Shown piece by piece: positions 49,603 through 58,354 of a stretch of DNA of 64,000 bases. The notes beneath the pieces were generated by a model. That model saw only the letters and a program-made list of their open reading frames with translations, searched no databases and was not told the DNA's origin. How positions within the stretch are numbered: position 1 is the stretch's first letter; each line of letters begins with the position of its first letter. Position numbers and translations under genes: made by a program. Source of the stretch: Candidatus Latescibacterota bacterium (lineage in GTDB: Bacteria > Latescibacterota > UBA2968); contig OZ241986.1 of NCBI GenBank assembly GCA_965204375.1, forward strand, positions 1,152,001-1,216,000, written 5' to 3'.

Positions 49603-49700
49603 CATTTTGTGTTATTTTATTGATTTAATTAATCAACCTCCAGGTATTTATCTGCGTAAAACGCTCAAATTACTCGCGTTTTTTCTGCGTTATCTGCGGA

Positions 49701-50519
49701 TCAAATCGTCAATGTCACGAAATCCTTTTTTACGATCTCTTTTTCATAAGTATAGGATTGTGTCTCGAGAAGCTCCCGCGTTTCAGGTGAAAGCCGCGCC
49801 AGTACTGAATCGGGAAATTCGTGGATTTGTCGGTGATATTGCGGGCGGTATCTGAGAATGAAGAAACGGCGATCCCGATCCTTGGGTTGCCAGGCCATTG
49901 CCCCATGTGTCATCAATTCTGTGGTTACGACAATATCACCGGCTCGAGCTGTGATATTCGCCACGCCGAGGGGTACATCTTTTTCGATCCATCCGTCGTT
50001 GAATACATCGGGTGGACGCTTAAAATCGCTTTTGTGCGATCCCGGTACGAGCAGCAATCCGCCATCTCCGGGCAAGACATCGGTCAGATAGATAAATACC
50101 ACCAGATCGTCGCAATAAATTTTGCCATCGTCGCAGCTATATCGGCAACTATAGGGACCAAAACTCTCGCGCGAACAATGCAACCGGTGAACGGGGTCTT
50201 TAGCCGTATTGATCCGCACTTCACCGCTGTTTAGCCTCGGGCGTCGGCCAGATACTTCCAGTACAATGGGCCAGAATGAACGGTGAAAGACCAACGATTC
50301 CAGTACTTTGTCAAAAGCAAAAGCGTATTTGAATTGTGTGCGATTTTTGTCAAATAATGAGGTTGAACGCCCAAATCCTTCGGGCAGTTCATCGTCTGAG
50401 GCATTTACGTACCGATTTATAGCCCGTTGTGCGGCTTTCAGTTCTGTTCGTTTAAGTGCTTGTTCCAGATGCAGATATCCCATCATATCGAATAAATAGC
50501 GTTGTGCATCTGTCATCAT
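49701..50519 (-). CDS. PhyH-family Fe/2OG dioxygenase-like protein (non-canonical metal motif)
   Basis: YLFDMMGYL, YLTDV.PGDGG…PGSHK, THG. LHCS replaces HxD. RBS GGAGG. Confidence 0.75.
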   Translation of the reverse strand: MMTDAQRYLFDMMGYLHLEQALKRTELKAAQRAINRYVNASDDELPEGFGRSTSLFDKNRTQFKYAFAFDKVLESLVFHRSFWPIVLEVSGRRPRLNSGEVRINTAKDPVHRLHCSRESFGPYSCRYSCDDGKIYCDDLVVFIYLTDVLPGDGGLLLVPGSHKSDFKRPPDVFNDGWIEKDVPLGVANITARAGDIVVTTELMTHGAMAWQPKDRDRRFFILRYRPQYHRQIHEFPDSVLARLSPETRELLETQSYTYEKEIVKKDFVTLTI

Positions 50520-50541
50520 GATGACCTCCGGTAGTAGCTGT

Positions 50542-51390
50542 TCACCCATAAGCACCGTGGTCTAAGAATCCGACGAGGCGTTTGAGCCTGGGATTTGCAT
50601 TGCGATAGATATGCTCGGGCATGGTGTAGTTCATAAAGGGATAGTATTTGTGGCCAATGAGCCGTCTGCCATAGGTGATTTGCGTGATGTAGCGGCTGCG
50701 ATTGCTCTGATTTGGCCCCCCTCTGTGCCAGACCTGATTGTTGAACATGATGACGCTACCGGCTTTGCCGAGGTTATAATGCACTTTGTCCTGCCATTTT
50801 TTCCAGGCATCAGTATTGAAAACCTGACGCGGGCTTTCACCAATGAGATGTGAGCCTGGGATGACTTCTGTGCCGCCATGTTCGATTTTCGTCACATCGG
50901 TGAGATAATAATTGCAGGTGAATACGAGTACGGGAAGGTGGATATTTGTCGGTGGCTTGCCATCGGTGACAACATAATGCGGGGCGTCGTCCTGATGCCA
51001 GGTGGTGAGGCCTCCGCCGGGGGGCGTGATGAAGGAGTTGTTGTGTATGACGTGACAATTTGCTTCAACAAGGGCTTCGGCAAAGCTGACGATGGGTTCG
51101 AGGTCAAACAGGTTGAGGTTGGCCTGGCTGTGCTCAAACATGCGATGGCACAGGCGGTGGCTGGCTTTGGAGCTTTGCGGATTGAGCTTGCCATTGGGGT
51201 CTTTATCTCGGCTGGTAAAATGTGCGAGAGACCAGTCGAGGTCCGCTTGGAGTTGTGCGATGTGTTCTTCTTTTAAGACATCTTCGAGAAATAGAAATCC
51301 GTCTCTGTGAAATTGTTCTACCCATTCGGAAATTTGATCAGCATCGAGCGGATAGTTGGATTCAAAGCGCTGATTTTGTGGTTTCATCAT
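50542..51390 (-). CDS. PhyH-family Fe/2OG dioxygenase
   Basis: FHRDGF, WHQD, YLTDV, PGSH, WHRGGPN. Confidence 0.85.
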   Translation of the reverse strand: MMKPQNQRFESNYPLDADQISEWVEQFHRDGFLFLEDVLKEEHIAQLQADLDWSLAHFTSRDKDPNGKLNPQSSKASHRLCHRMFEHSQANLNLFDLEPIVSFAEALVEANCHVIHNNSFITPPGGGLTTWHQDDAPHYVVTDGKPPTNIHLPVLVFTCNYYLTDVTKIEHGGTEVIPGSHLIGESPRQVFNTDAWKKWQDKVHYNLGKAGSVIMFNNQVWHRGGPNQSNRSRYITQITYGRRLIGHKYYPFMNYTMPEHIYRNANPRLKRLVGFLDHGAYG

Positions 51391-51402
51391 GGCCTCTATC
51401 GG

Positions 51403-53430
51403 TCAAGCCTGCCCAATCACCAGGATCGGCAAGGCATCCCGTATTTCGATTTGTGCGTTGCGAGACACTGTTTCGGTTTCTCCCGTGCATAGATGATAGA
51501 TGCGAACAGGGCTGATGTCGAGTGAAAAATCGAGAGTATTGAGATTAAAAATATCACGGGCAGGTAGTATGAGAGCGAGCCTGCGATGGATGTTGTTGAG
51601 ATACAGGACGCGGTTGTTTTCTCGTATTTGTTCGGCGGAATCTGTAAAGGTAGTGGGGTGGACGGGGCTGTTGAGGAGCGTGTTCAGACAACGCAGGGTG
51701 TGAAAAGACGCGCGGGGGTTGCAGAGGGTGTCGAGCAATCCATGTGTGACATCCATTGTGCGGTCAAAGTCGGTGAGTGGATCGACAAATAGGCGCGCAT
51801 CCGGCAGGCCGACACTGGCAAATGTGGCTTCGGCAATTCGGCGGGCGTTGGCGCTGTCGTTCTGCGCGTCTAATTCGAGTAAGATGTCGATGTGACCGAT
51901 ATTCGAGTATTTGCGTTCGCTCAGGGATTGGATATAAGTCCAGGGCGATTCATTGGGCGGTACGCGACAGATGACGCGCTGAAGGTGAATGTCGGCGTTT
52001 TGGAGGGTCGCGTTCGGACTCTCGAGTTCGTCGAGGTGATAACCCATTCGAGTTCGCAGGTGTTGTTTGCCGTGTACGCGTTCGTTGGGGATAATCGGGC
52101 AAATCGAGAGTTCTGCAAGCTTTGCACATCGGTTGAGTGTTTCGCAAACTTCATCGGATGATAGCGAAGGATCAGATATCTGAATTTCCCAGTTCTGTAT
52201 AAAATCGAGGTTGGTTTCGATGTGTTCGGGCAATGAAGCGATGCGCGGTTCGAGAAATGTGGCAATGGGTGTTATTCCTTCGGAGCGGAGCATTTCGAGG
52301 CGCGTGCGTTGAAGGGGGTCGCGCAGGTCGCGCCAGGGAAAGCGCACGAATTTAGCACCGAGTTCTATGCAGGCCAAAAGGTGCTGGTCATTGCGTACTT
52401 TTTGACGTATGACAGAGGGATATGCAATTGGGACTTCCGCTATGGGCGTGATGGGGTGGCGGAGGGTAAGTCCCACAGGAGAAGACAGAGTGGCAGATGT
52501 GCAGGTGATGAGGTGGCTGCGGGCAGGGCGTTTTATTTCGCCTTTTGTGCGGATGAAGTGGATGTCGGTGTGATCGGCGCGTATGCGGAGGAGATAAAAC
52601 CCCAGCTTGCCGGTGTCGTCTCGCCCCTGTTCGGGTGGGGGAGGGCTGGCGTAGAGATGGCCGAATCCCGGGCGCGTAAAGGATGTGGAAGCGGCGATGA
52701 AATAGCGCGTTTTGCCGATTTTGTCGTAAAAGGGATAGTGTACGTGTGCCGCGAAGAGGAGTTCGATCCCGTATTTTTGAATCAATGCGAGGAGGCGGTC
52801 TCGATCTGGTGGGCTGATATTGTCGTAGTGTCCCAATCCCGGTTCATTTTTATCCCAAAGATAGAGGGGAAGGTGAAAAAAGAGAAAGAGCCGCTGGTTT
52901 TTGTGTTTTTCAAGGTCGGATTCAAACCATTTCCACTGGTCGTCTGCTTCGGGGATTTTTGAGTTGAGGATCTGGGAATTGAGTACGATAAAATGACACA
53001 GGTCGCGGTCAAAACTGTACCAGGAAGGACCAAAGTGATTGTGGAAGTACGCGAGAGATTCCGCAGTTGCCGCATGGGTGGGCATGGTGGGATCGGTTTT
53101 GTCGCCGACATCGTGATTGCCAGCGACGTAGTGGGGAGAAATATTACAGGCGCGTATCTGATCGCGAGCTTCGACCATCGCGCGTTTGAAGTCCGGCGTT
53201 TCGGGATATTCCTGGACGAGGTCGCCCATGTGGATGACAAAGTCAGCCCCAATATCTGATACCTGTTGCAGGGCTGTGCCGGCGCGCTGGGTTTGCACGC
53301 GGCGCGATTCAAATTCGAGCGGGCGGTCGCCAACGTCGATCATGTAATGCGTATCGGCGATGACTACGCATTCAAATTGTGCGGGCGGCAGGTGGGTTTT
53401 GTCGAAGCTTATTTTTCTTCCGCTTTCCAT
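51403..53430 (-). CDS. Calcineurin-like metallophosphoesterase with long C-terminal region
   Basis: ADTH, HMGD, GNHD, FFH, AAHVH. Confidence 0.8.
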   Translation of the reverse strand: MESGRKISFDKTHLPPAQFECVVIADTHYMIDVGDRPLEFESRRVQTQRAGTALQQVSDIGADFVIHMGDLVQEYPETPDFKRAMVEARDQIRACNISPHYVAGNHDVGDKTDPTMPTHAATAESLAYFHNHFGPSWYSFDRDLCHFIVLNSQILNSKIPEADDQWKWFESDLEKHKNQRLFLFFHLPLYLWDKNEPGLGHYDNISPPDRDRLLALIQKYGIELLFAAHVHYPFYDKIGKTRYFIAASTSFTRPGFGHLYASPPPPEQGRDDTGKLGFYLLRIRADHTDIHFIRTKGEIKRPARSHLITCTSATLSSPVGLTLRHPITPIAEVPIAYPSVIRQKVRNDQHLLACIELGAKFVRFPWRDLRDPLQRTRLEMLRSEGITPIATFLEPRIASLPEHIETNLDFIQNWEIQISDPSLSSDEVCETLNRCAKLAELSICPIIPNERVHGKQHLRTRMGYHLDELESPNATLQNADIHLQRVICRVPPNESPWTYIQSLSERKYSNIGHIDILLELDAQNDSANARRIAEATFASVGLPDARLFVDPLTDFDRTMDVTHGLLDTLCNPRASFHTLRCLNTLLNSPVHPTTFTDSAEQIRENNRVLYLNNIHRRLALILPARDIFNLNTLDFSLDISPVRIYHLCTGETETVSRNAQIEIRDALPILVIGQA

Positions 53431-53836
53431 TCGGCGATTTTTTCATCGGCTTTGCGACGCAGTTCGCGGCCCTTGTCCGGGGTGGGGTCTTCTATGATGC
53501 CATAGACCTGGCGACCTTCGTGATCTTCGGGCAAGTATTCGGTAATGGGCATGCCTTCGGGGGTGACAAAGAGCAGACAGTGACAGTATTTAAAAATTTT
53601 CATTTCGTCACAGGCACAGACCCATTCGCGGCTGCGTTCGAGTTCGGCCTTTTTGTCGGGATAAAAGTTGCAAGGGCAAAGTGGGCGACCGAGTTCATCG
53701 ATGTTTTGTGCAAGGCCGTTGATGACTGTGTCGGCGACTTCTCGGTTGGATGCGGCGATGTCCCGGTTTTCTCCCAGTATTTTTCCGTGTATATCTGCAT
53801 TCTTTTGAGGCTTTTTTCTGTGGGTTCAGACGACAT
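53409..53836 (-). pseudogene. Ferredoxin:thioredoxin reductase catalytic (beta) subunit, split by a 1-bp frameshift
   Basis: Restoring one base near 53745-53749 gives MSSEP…SPHPNREVADTVINGLAQNIDELGRPLCPCNFYPDKKAELERSREWVCACDEMKIFKYCHCLLFVT…, i.e. CPC/CAC/CHC motifs. RBS GGAGG. Confidence 0.8.
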
Positions 53837-53872
53837 GGCGTTTACCTCCAGTTTTTGGATCTTGTGTTTGGA

Positions 53873-54685
53873 CTACAAGTGGCTGTTGAGATAGTCCATA
53901 GATTTACGGAGTTCTGCTCTGGCATCGCCCGGGGGGATACTGCATTCAAAACCGCAGTAGTGCTCGTAGCCGATGTCGGATAGTGCTTTGAGCGGGGGAC
54001 CAAAATCTGTGTGACCATAGCCAGGTAAGATGCGATTGCTGTCGGCCAGATGTACATTGGCGATGTGTTTACCCCCTGCGCGGATGGCTTCGGCGAGGTC
54101 GGCTTCCTCAATGCTCATGTGGAAGAGATCGGCCATGGTGGCAATAGATGGGCTGCCCACGGCTTCGCAGATTTCAACGCCCTGGGCTACCGTGCAGGGC
54201 CACCACTGTTCGTAGCGGTTCAGGGGTTCTATGATCAGAAGGCTGCCGCACGCTTCGGCATGCGGTGCGATGTCTTGTTTTAGAATTTCGATGAGGAGAT
54301 CTTTTTCAAGTGTAGATGTGCTGTACAGGGGCGAGAGGTCGGGAATGCGTTCGCCACCGCCCATTTTGATGCCGATAAGCGGTGGAAAAATTACACCTAT
54401 ACCGCCGACTTCCGTACACAGAGTCAGGGCGTCGTTAATGGATTTTACGGCTGCGTTGCGTTCCTGGGCACGCGCGTCAAGCAGACCTTTACTGCCCCGG
54501 GAAGAGCAGATATTGGGCACAATACCCGTCGCGTCTGACGCTGCTTTGATCTCATCCGCAAAATCTGAGGTGCTGCTATTGGTGATTTCAATGCCGGAAA
54601 AGCCGAGTTCTTTGAGGGCCTGGAATTTCTCCATCAGGGTGTTGCCAGGCGCCATGGGTTCGCGAAGAGAATATTTGATGGTCAT
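53873..54685 (-). CDS. Sugar-phosphate isomerase/epimerase (xylose isomerase-like TIM barrel)
   Basis: IEPLNRYE, DLFHM.IEE, HLADSNR..PG.GH, GFEC. Confidence 0.85.
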   Translation of the reverse strand: MTIKYSLREPMAPGNTLMEKFQALKELGFSGIEITNSSTSDFADEIKAASDATGIVPNICSSRGSKGLLDARAQERNAAVKSINDALTLCTEVGGIGVIFPPLIGIKMGGGERIPDLSPLYSTSTLEKDLLIEILKQDIAPHAEACGSLLIIEPLNRYEQWWPCTVAQGVEICEAVGSPSIATMADLFHMSIEEADLAEAIRAGGKHIANVHLADSNRILPGYGHTDFGPPLKALSDIGYEHYCGFECSIPPGDARAELRKSMDYLNSHL

Positions 54686-54767
54686 AATTAGTTCCGATAT
54701 GAGTGATAGTGCGATCCTATGAAAAGGGTTCAATGATCTGATGGAGATTTTTTTGGGAAAACCAATT

Positions 54768-55298
54768 TCAACGCGCTGGTGGGGGAGGCGGGGAAGAGTA
54801 GGTGCGGGCGGCTCTACCGTTGCGTCGGATTGCATCTGCGATAGGTCCAAGCCGCGATGGCCCCGAAAACATCCCGTCGTCCAAAATTCTCTGAATCTCG
54901 TCCGTTTCCATTGTCGCTATGAACTTGAAAACTCTTGGGATGGCACTGGCCCGAGACTTGGATGCGGGTTCATCAATCCCGTAAATTTGGCAGAAGTTTC
55001 TAATGTCGCCAAAAGTTGGGAGAAAAGCCTTGTTTTCAAATCTATTGGCAAGCTCAGCCGCTATTGGCTTTTTCTTCGAAGAAAGTTCCATCTTGGCAAC
55101 ATACTCCGGAGCATTAATCTTTGCCCTCTTATTAAGGGACTTTGTTACTGCTTTTTTATCAGATAGCACTTTGCTCTGTTTGGAGCTTTTGAGTTGACGA
55201 TCAGCAAGGTGAATTTCCCTTAGAGACTGGTCAACTTGCTCGAAACCATATTGGCGAACTATCAAACGCAGCGTATCTTTGAGTTTAGCTTTGCTCAT
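54768..55298 (-). CDS. Hypothetical basic protein, partner of the ParA-like ATPase
   Basis: 176 aa ORF, 22 nt downstream of parA, RBS GGAGG. Confidence 0.65.
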   Translation of the reverse strand: MSKAKLKDTLRLIVRQYGFEQVDQSLREIHLADRQLKSSKQSKVLSDKKAVTKSLNKRAKINAPEYVAKMELSSKKKPIAAELANRFENKAFLPTFGDIRNFCQIYGIDEPASKSRASAIPRVFKFIATMETDEIQRILDDGMFSGPSRLGPIADAIRRNGRAARTYSSPPPPPAR

Positions 55299-55320
55299 AA
55301 GCTATCAGACCTCCGGGCCA

Positions 55321-56166
55321 TCAAAACCCAAGCTCTGCAAAAAATTCGCTTGCAAAATTATCAAAGAGAACGGCGTCTCCAAGATGCGTAAAATTTCCAC
55401 GCATCATTTTGGGGAATCCACGAGAAAGAGGAATTTGGTTCTCGAATATGTGCCATCCACTTTCTATCGCTTCTTGATATATTTCACGCATAGCTCTATG
55501 CCTTTCTGGCCCTCCCATGTTCCCACTATAATGATAGGCTGAATTGTTGATAACGACGCCGATAACATCAATCCGGTGGCCTCGATTATGGCTTCTGAAT
55601 GTGTTAAGAGAATCGTTTAGTAATGGAAAGCCAATGGTTGCAAAATACTCAGGCTTGACAGGCACAAGGATGTAACGCGAGGCGTGATATGCAGCTTGTG
55701 TGAATATCGATTCTGTTGGAGCGCAATCTATGATAATGAGGTCTTTGTCTTGAAAATGATCAGAGATAAACCGGGCGAGAATCTTCGGGTCAGGTTTAAG
55801 TGAGTTAACCAAGTTATCTGAAAAATCAAATCTCGAAGGAATGACTTGCAGATTTCGACCCCCTAATGAGGTATTGCCGATAGCTATGCTTGCAACATCA
55901 AGTGGACCTGGTGATGTACTACTGGAGGTTGGTGGCCGATACCCATTAAATATTTCAACAATTGATGGGGACTGGTTATCTATAAACTGTCTATATTCCC
56001 TTATAAAGGCTTGAGAAAGGTTAGCTTGTGGATCCAGGTCAATCGCAAGGACATCAAGATCAAGACGTAACGCCGCATACCGACTCAGCAACGCCGCAAT
56101 AGTCGTCTTGCCGACGCCGCCTTTCATGTTAATCACCGAGACACAAACAGGTCCCGTTTGGGCCAT
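55321..56166 (-). CDS. ParA/Soj-family ATPase
   Basis: NMKGGVGKTT, IDLDPQANLS, IDCAP; RBS AGGAG. Confidence 0.9.
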   Translation of the reverse strand: MAQTGPVCVSVINMKGGVGKTTIAALLSRYAALRLDLDVLAIDLDPQANLSQAFIREYRQFIDNQSPSIVEIFNGYRPPTSSSTSPGPLDVASIAIGNTSLGGRNLQVIPSRFDFSDNLVNSLKPDPKILARFISDHFQDKDLIIIDCAPTESIFTQAAYHASRYILVPVKPEYFATIGFPLLNDSLNTFRSHNRGHRIDVIGVVINNSAYHYSGNMGGPERHRAMREIYQEAIESGWHIFENQIPLSRGFPKMMRGNFTHLGDAVLFDNFASEFFAELGF

Positions 56167-56206
56167 ATTTATCTCCTACGTTGCGAAGGCTGAATGTTAC
56201 TTGATG

Positions 56207-56236
56207 TTAATATACGGTCTTTAGGACAAAAGGCAA
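56207..56236 (-). promoter_or_regulatory. Sigma70-type promoter module, copy 1 of a duplicated element
   Basis: Minus strand TTGCCT-N16-TATATT; near-identical copy at 58304-58346. Confidence 0.6.
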
Positions 56237-56244
56237 GTTTCGGA

Positions 56245-56301
56245 GATAGCGTCCGCGAGGGGGCGACCGTGTACACTGATGGGTCACAGGTCTATAAATG
56301 A
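56245..56301 (+). mobile_element. Short IS1595-family transposase remnant
   Basis: Translates …VREGATVYTDGSQVYK*, resembling the G-x-x-V-Y-T-D-x4-Y DDE segment. Confidence 0.4.
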
Positions 56302-56367
56302 AAATCATCGTCCAGAAGTTTGAAGACAAAAAAATCAAATACCGCGAGTTGATTACATGAACGATGC

Positions 56368-56613
56368 CTAAATTTCCGGTTTTGCTTTTACCAAAAACGG
56401 AGTCAGTCCATGCTGTAACTCAAATTCTTTATTTTCTTCGACAGTATAAAGAAGCCCTTCTTGTCTGAGTTCCTCAATCAGGCTTTTTATAGTCTGTGGG
56501 GCAATGTCGGGGTACAGTTTTAATATAACGGGGTGATTGTTGAGCAAAAATTCTTCGCCAACACCATCTTCATATCGCCTTATAACTTGCAATATCCCCT
56601 CTTTCATATTCAT
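56368..56613 (-). CDS. Small hypothetical protein, possibly winged-helix
   Basis: 81 aa; TIKSLIEELRQEGLL; RBS AAGGA. Confidence 0.55.
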   Translation of the reverse strand: MNMKEGILQVIRRYEDGVGEEFLLNNHPVILKLYPDIAPQTIKSLIEELRQEGLLYTVEENKEFELQHGLTPFLVKAKPEI

Positions 56614-56658
56614 TTCTAATTCCTTACGTAATGAGTGAGTAATGGGTTAAAATTCAAT

Positions 56659-56829
56659 TCATTGATCAGTTCTCTGCTTTTTCATTTCTTCACGGAAGTC
56701 ATCGACTGTCTCGTTCCAGTGCTTCCATCTATTTTTATCCTCGCGCCATTCCCTTAGAGCATCACTGACACCCTTTGCCAGTATGAATAAACCCATTGCT
56801 AAAAACACCCGGCCTATTGCTGCAAACAT
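56659..56829 (-). CDS. 56-aa small protein with N-terminal hydrophobic helix (absent from the ORF track)
   Basis: AGGAG-aacaac-ATG; MFAAIGRVFLAMGLFILAKGVSDALREWREDKNRWKHWNETVDDFREEMKKQRTDQ. Confidence 0.6.
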   Translation of the reverse strand: MFAAIGRVFLAMGLFILAKGVSDALREWREDKNRWKHWNETVDDFREEMKKQRTDQ

Positions 56830-57071
56830 GTTGTTCTCCTATCTGGTAATCCTATAAGTCGCCAATCTTCGCCTTCTTCCAGTTTGGACAACCCGGAAGT
56901 AAGCCACTCTTTACAATTTGGCCACTTCAATACATAATCCAATCCCCTTAAAATAGGGGTGACACGTATTCTAGCCCCAACTTGGAGGCCACGATGACTT
57001 ACCCTAAAGATATTAAAATTGCCGCGCCAGAGCAATTTGCACTTTTGAATGACCCTGATTTTCAAAATCAT
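56814..57071 (-). CDS. Small hypothetical protein
   Basis: 85 aa; RBS AAGGAG lies at the stop of the upstream gene. Confidence 0.5.
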   Translation of the reverse strand: MILKIRVIQKCKLLWRGNFNIFRVSHRGLQVGARIRVTPILRGLDYVLKWPNCKEWLTSGLSKLEEGEDWRLIGLPDRRTTCLQQ

Positions 57072-57085
57072 GCCTTCAAACTCCT

Positions 57086-58081
57086 TTAAAGCATGAACAG
57101 TCCGGCCTCAATACCGCAAATCAATACAACTTCGTTTGCTTCCGCGATTTTCTTGCAATCCTCGGTGAAAGATTCCGCGCTGCTGAATAGCACCCTGTAC
57201 AGCACTTTCTCCTCCTCTTCCGGTATCCAATTGACCAACTGATTCACCCCTACAACATCATTATAGTCAGTGCCTGTTTTGTGCTTGACCTGCACAATTA
57301 GCAAAGGAGTTCGATACAACGAAACCTCATCGTTAAACCCTGGTATGGGAAGAAAAAATACATGATCTGCGTCCCCACCGTTTCGAGTACTATTACTTCT
57401 GAGTAGCTCATATCCTTTTCGTTCAAAGGCTTCACCTACGGCGGCCTGGAATTGGTCATGCCCCCACTCGTCATTGACATATTGCATCAAAGATTTTGCG
57501 GCTTTCCTTCTTCCCTCATCATATCGCTGTTTCCTGATTGCATCGGGGTTGTGAGGAGTGTCGGTTTTCTTCTGCTTCAGCAACCGCTTCGCAGCGGAAA
57601 GCACTCTTTCATTTTTATAGTCTTGAACTTGGGTAATTGCTGGCCTGGAATACGCACTTTTGAACAACTCATAGATCGTCTGGGAATCCGAGTCGTACCA
57701 GTTGGCTACCTCACGCTGATTTTTCACAGGGATGATATGCCCAAAATCTTTATAGCCTGAGGCCACTTCAAATCGGTAGTCTCCACTCACCTCGACGATG
57801 GTGAAATACCCGTATCTTGGAGCCTTGGGGATAAAAACCAGATCACCTTCATTTATGTCCAGCATGCGTCTCAGTATCGCATGCCGTCGAGAACTGGGGG
57901 ACGCGTTGTATGCCCTCTGGTAGGCTTTCGTCCATTCTTCCCTATTCCGCCCGCTGCCATCGGCATTCAAGAGAGAAGTGCATGGAGGAGACCAGCCTTG
58001 GCGCAAGCATCCTTTCTGTAACTCGTTCTGAACAAAATCGACATCGGAAGCTATGCGAAATACAAAGCAGTTTTGTGACAT
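57086..58081 (-). CDS. Mrr-like (type IV) restriction endonuclease
   Basis: C-terminal FQAAVGEAF…GY…GGDAD…IVQVKH (D…QxK); N-terminal LRQGW…GDLVFIP domain. Confidence 0.7.
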   Translation of the reverse strand: MSQNCFVFRIASDVDFVQNELQKGCLRQGWSPPCTSLLNADGSGRNREEWTKAYQRAYNASPSSRRHAILRRMLDINEGDLVFIPKAPRYGYFTIVEVSGDYRFEVASGYKDFGHIIPVKNQREVANWYDSDSQTIYELFKSAYSRPAITQVQDYKNERVLSAAKRLLKQKKTDTPHNPDAIRKQRYDEGRRKAAKSLMQYVNDEWGHDQFQAAVGEAFERKGYELLRSNSTRNGGDADHVFFLPIPGFNDEVSLYRTPLLIVQVKHKTGTDYNDVVGVNQLVNWIPEEEEKVLYRVLFSSAESFTEDCKKIAEANEVVLICGIEAGLFML

Positions 58082-58190
58082 AATGGTTTCCTTTTTGTTT
58101 GCAAGCTCGACGATAGTAGAGTGTATCGTGGCGTAAGTATTGCAGCATATATATTGCCGTCACTCATGCACAATGACGGATTAAAACCTT

Positions 58191-58222
58191 CTGGATTGCG
58201 GCTAAAATCATGCCGCAATGAC
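58191..58222. repeat. GTCA/CGTC-type REP-like palindrome
   Basis: CTGGATTGCGGC-TAAAATCAT-GCCGCAATGAC, with an ATTGCGGC/GCCGCAAT stem. Confidence 0.5.
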
Positions 58223-58303
58223 AATCACAAGTAAGATTTATATGCACAGTCTTTTTTACCGAGATGCAATAGTGAATTGGGAAGGCGATTCACACTTCTA
58301 AAA

Positions 58304-58346
58304 TTAATATACGGTCTTTAGGTACGGTCTTTAGGGCAAAAGGCAA
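58304..58346 (-). repeat. Copy 2 of the promoter module, with an internal 13-bp tandem duplication
   Basis: TTAATA-TACGGTCTTTAGG-TACGGTCTTTAGG-GCAAAAGGCAA. Confidence 0.75.
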
Positions 58347-58354
58347 TTTTACCA

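Noticed and set aside
53740-53755. Programmed ribosomal frameshift in the FTR gene
   Set aside because: No X XXY YYZ slippery site at the junction; a simple indel is more likely.
54686-54850. N-terminal extension of the isomerase ORF to 54850
   Set aside because: Pro-rich, overlaps the neighbouring gene; the domain begins at MTIKYS (54685).
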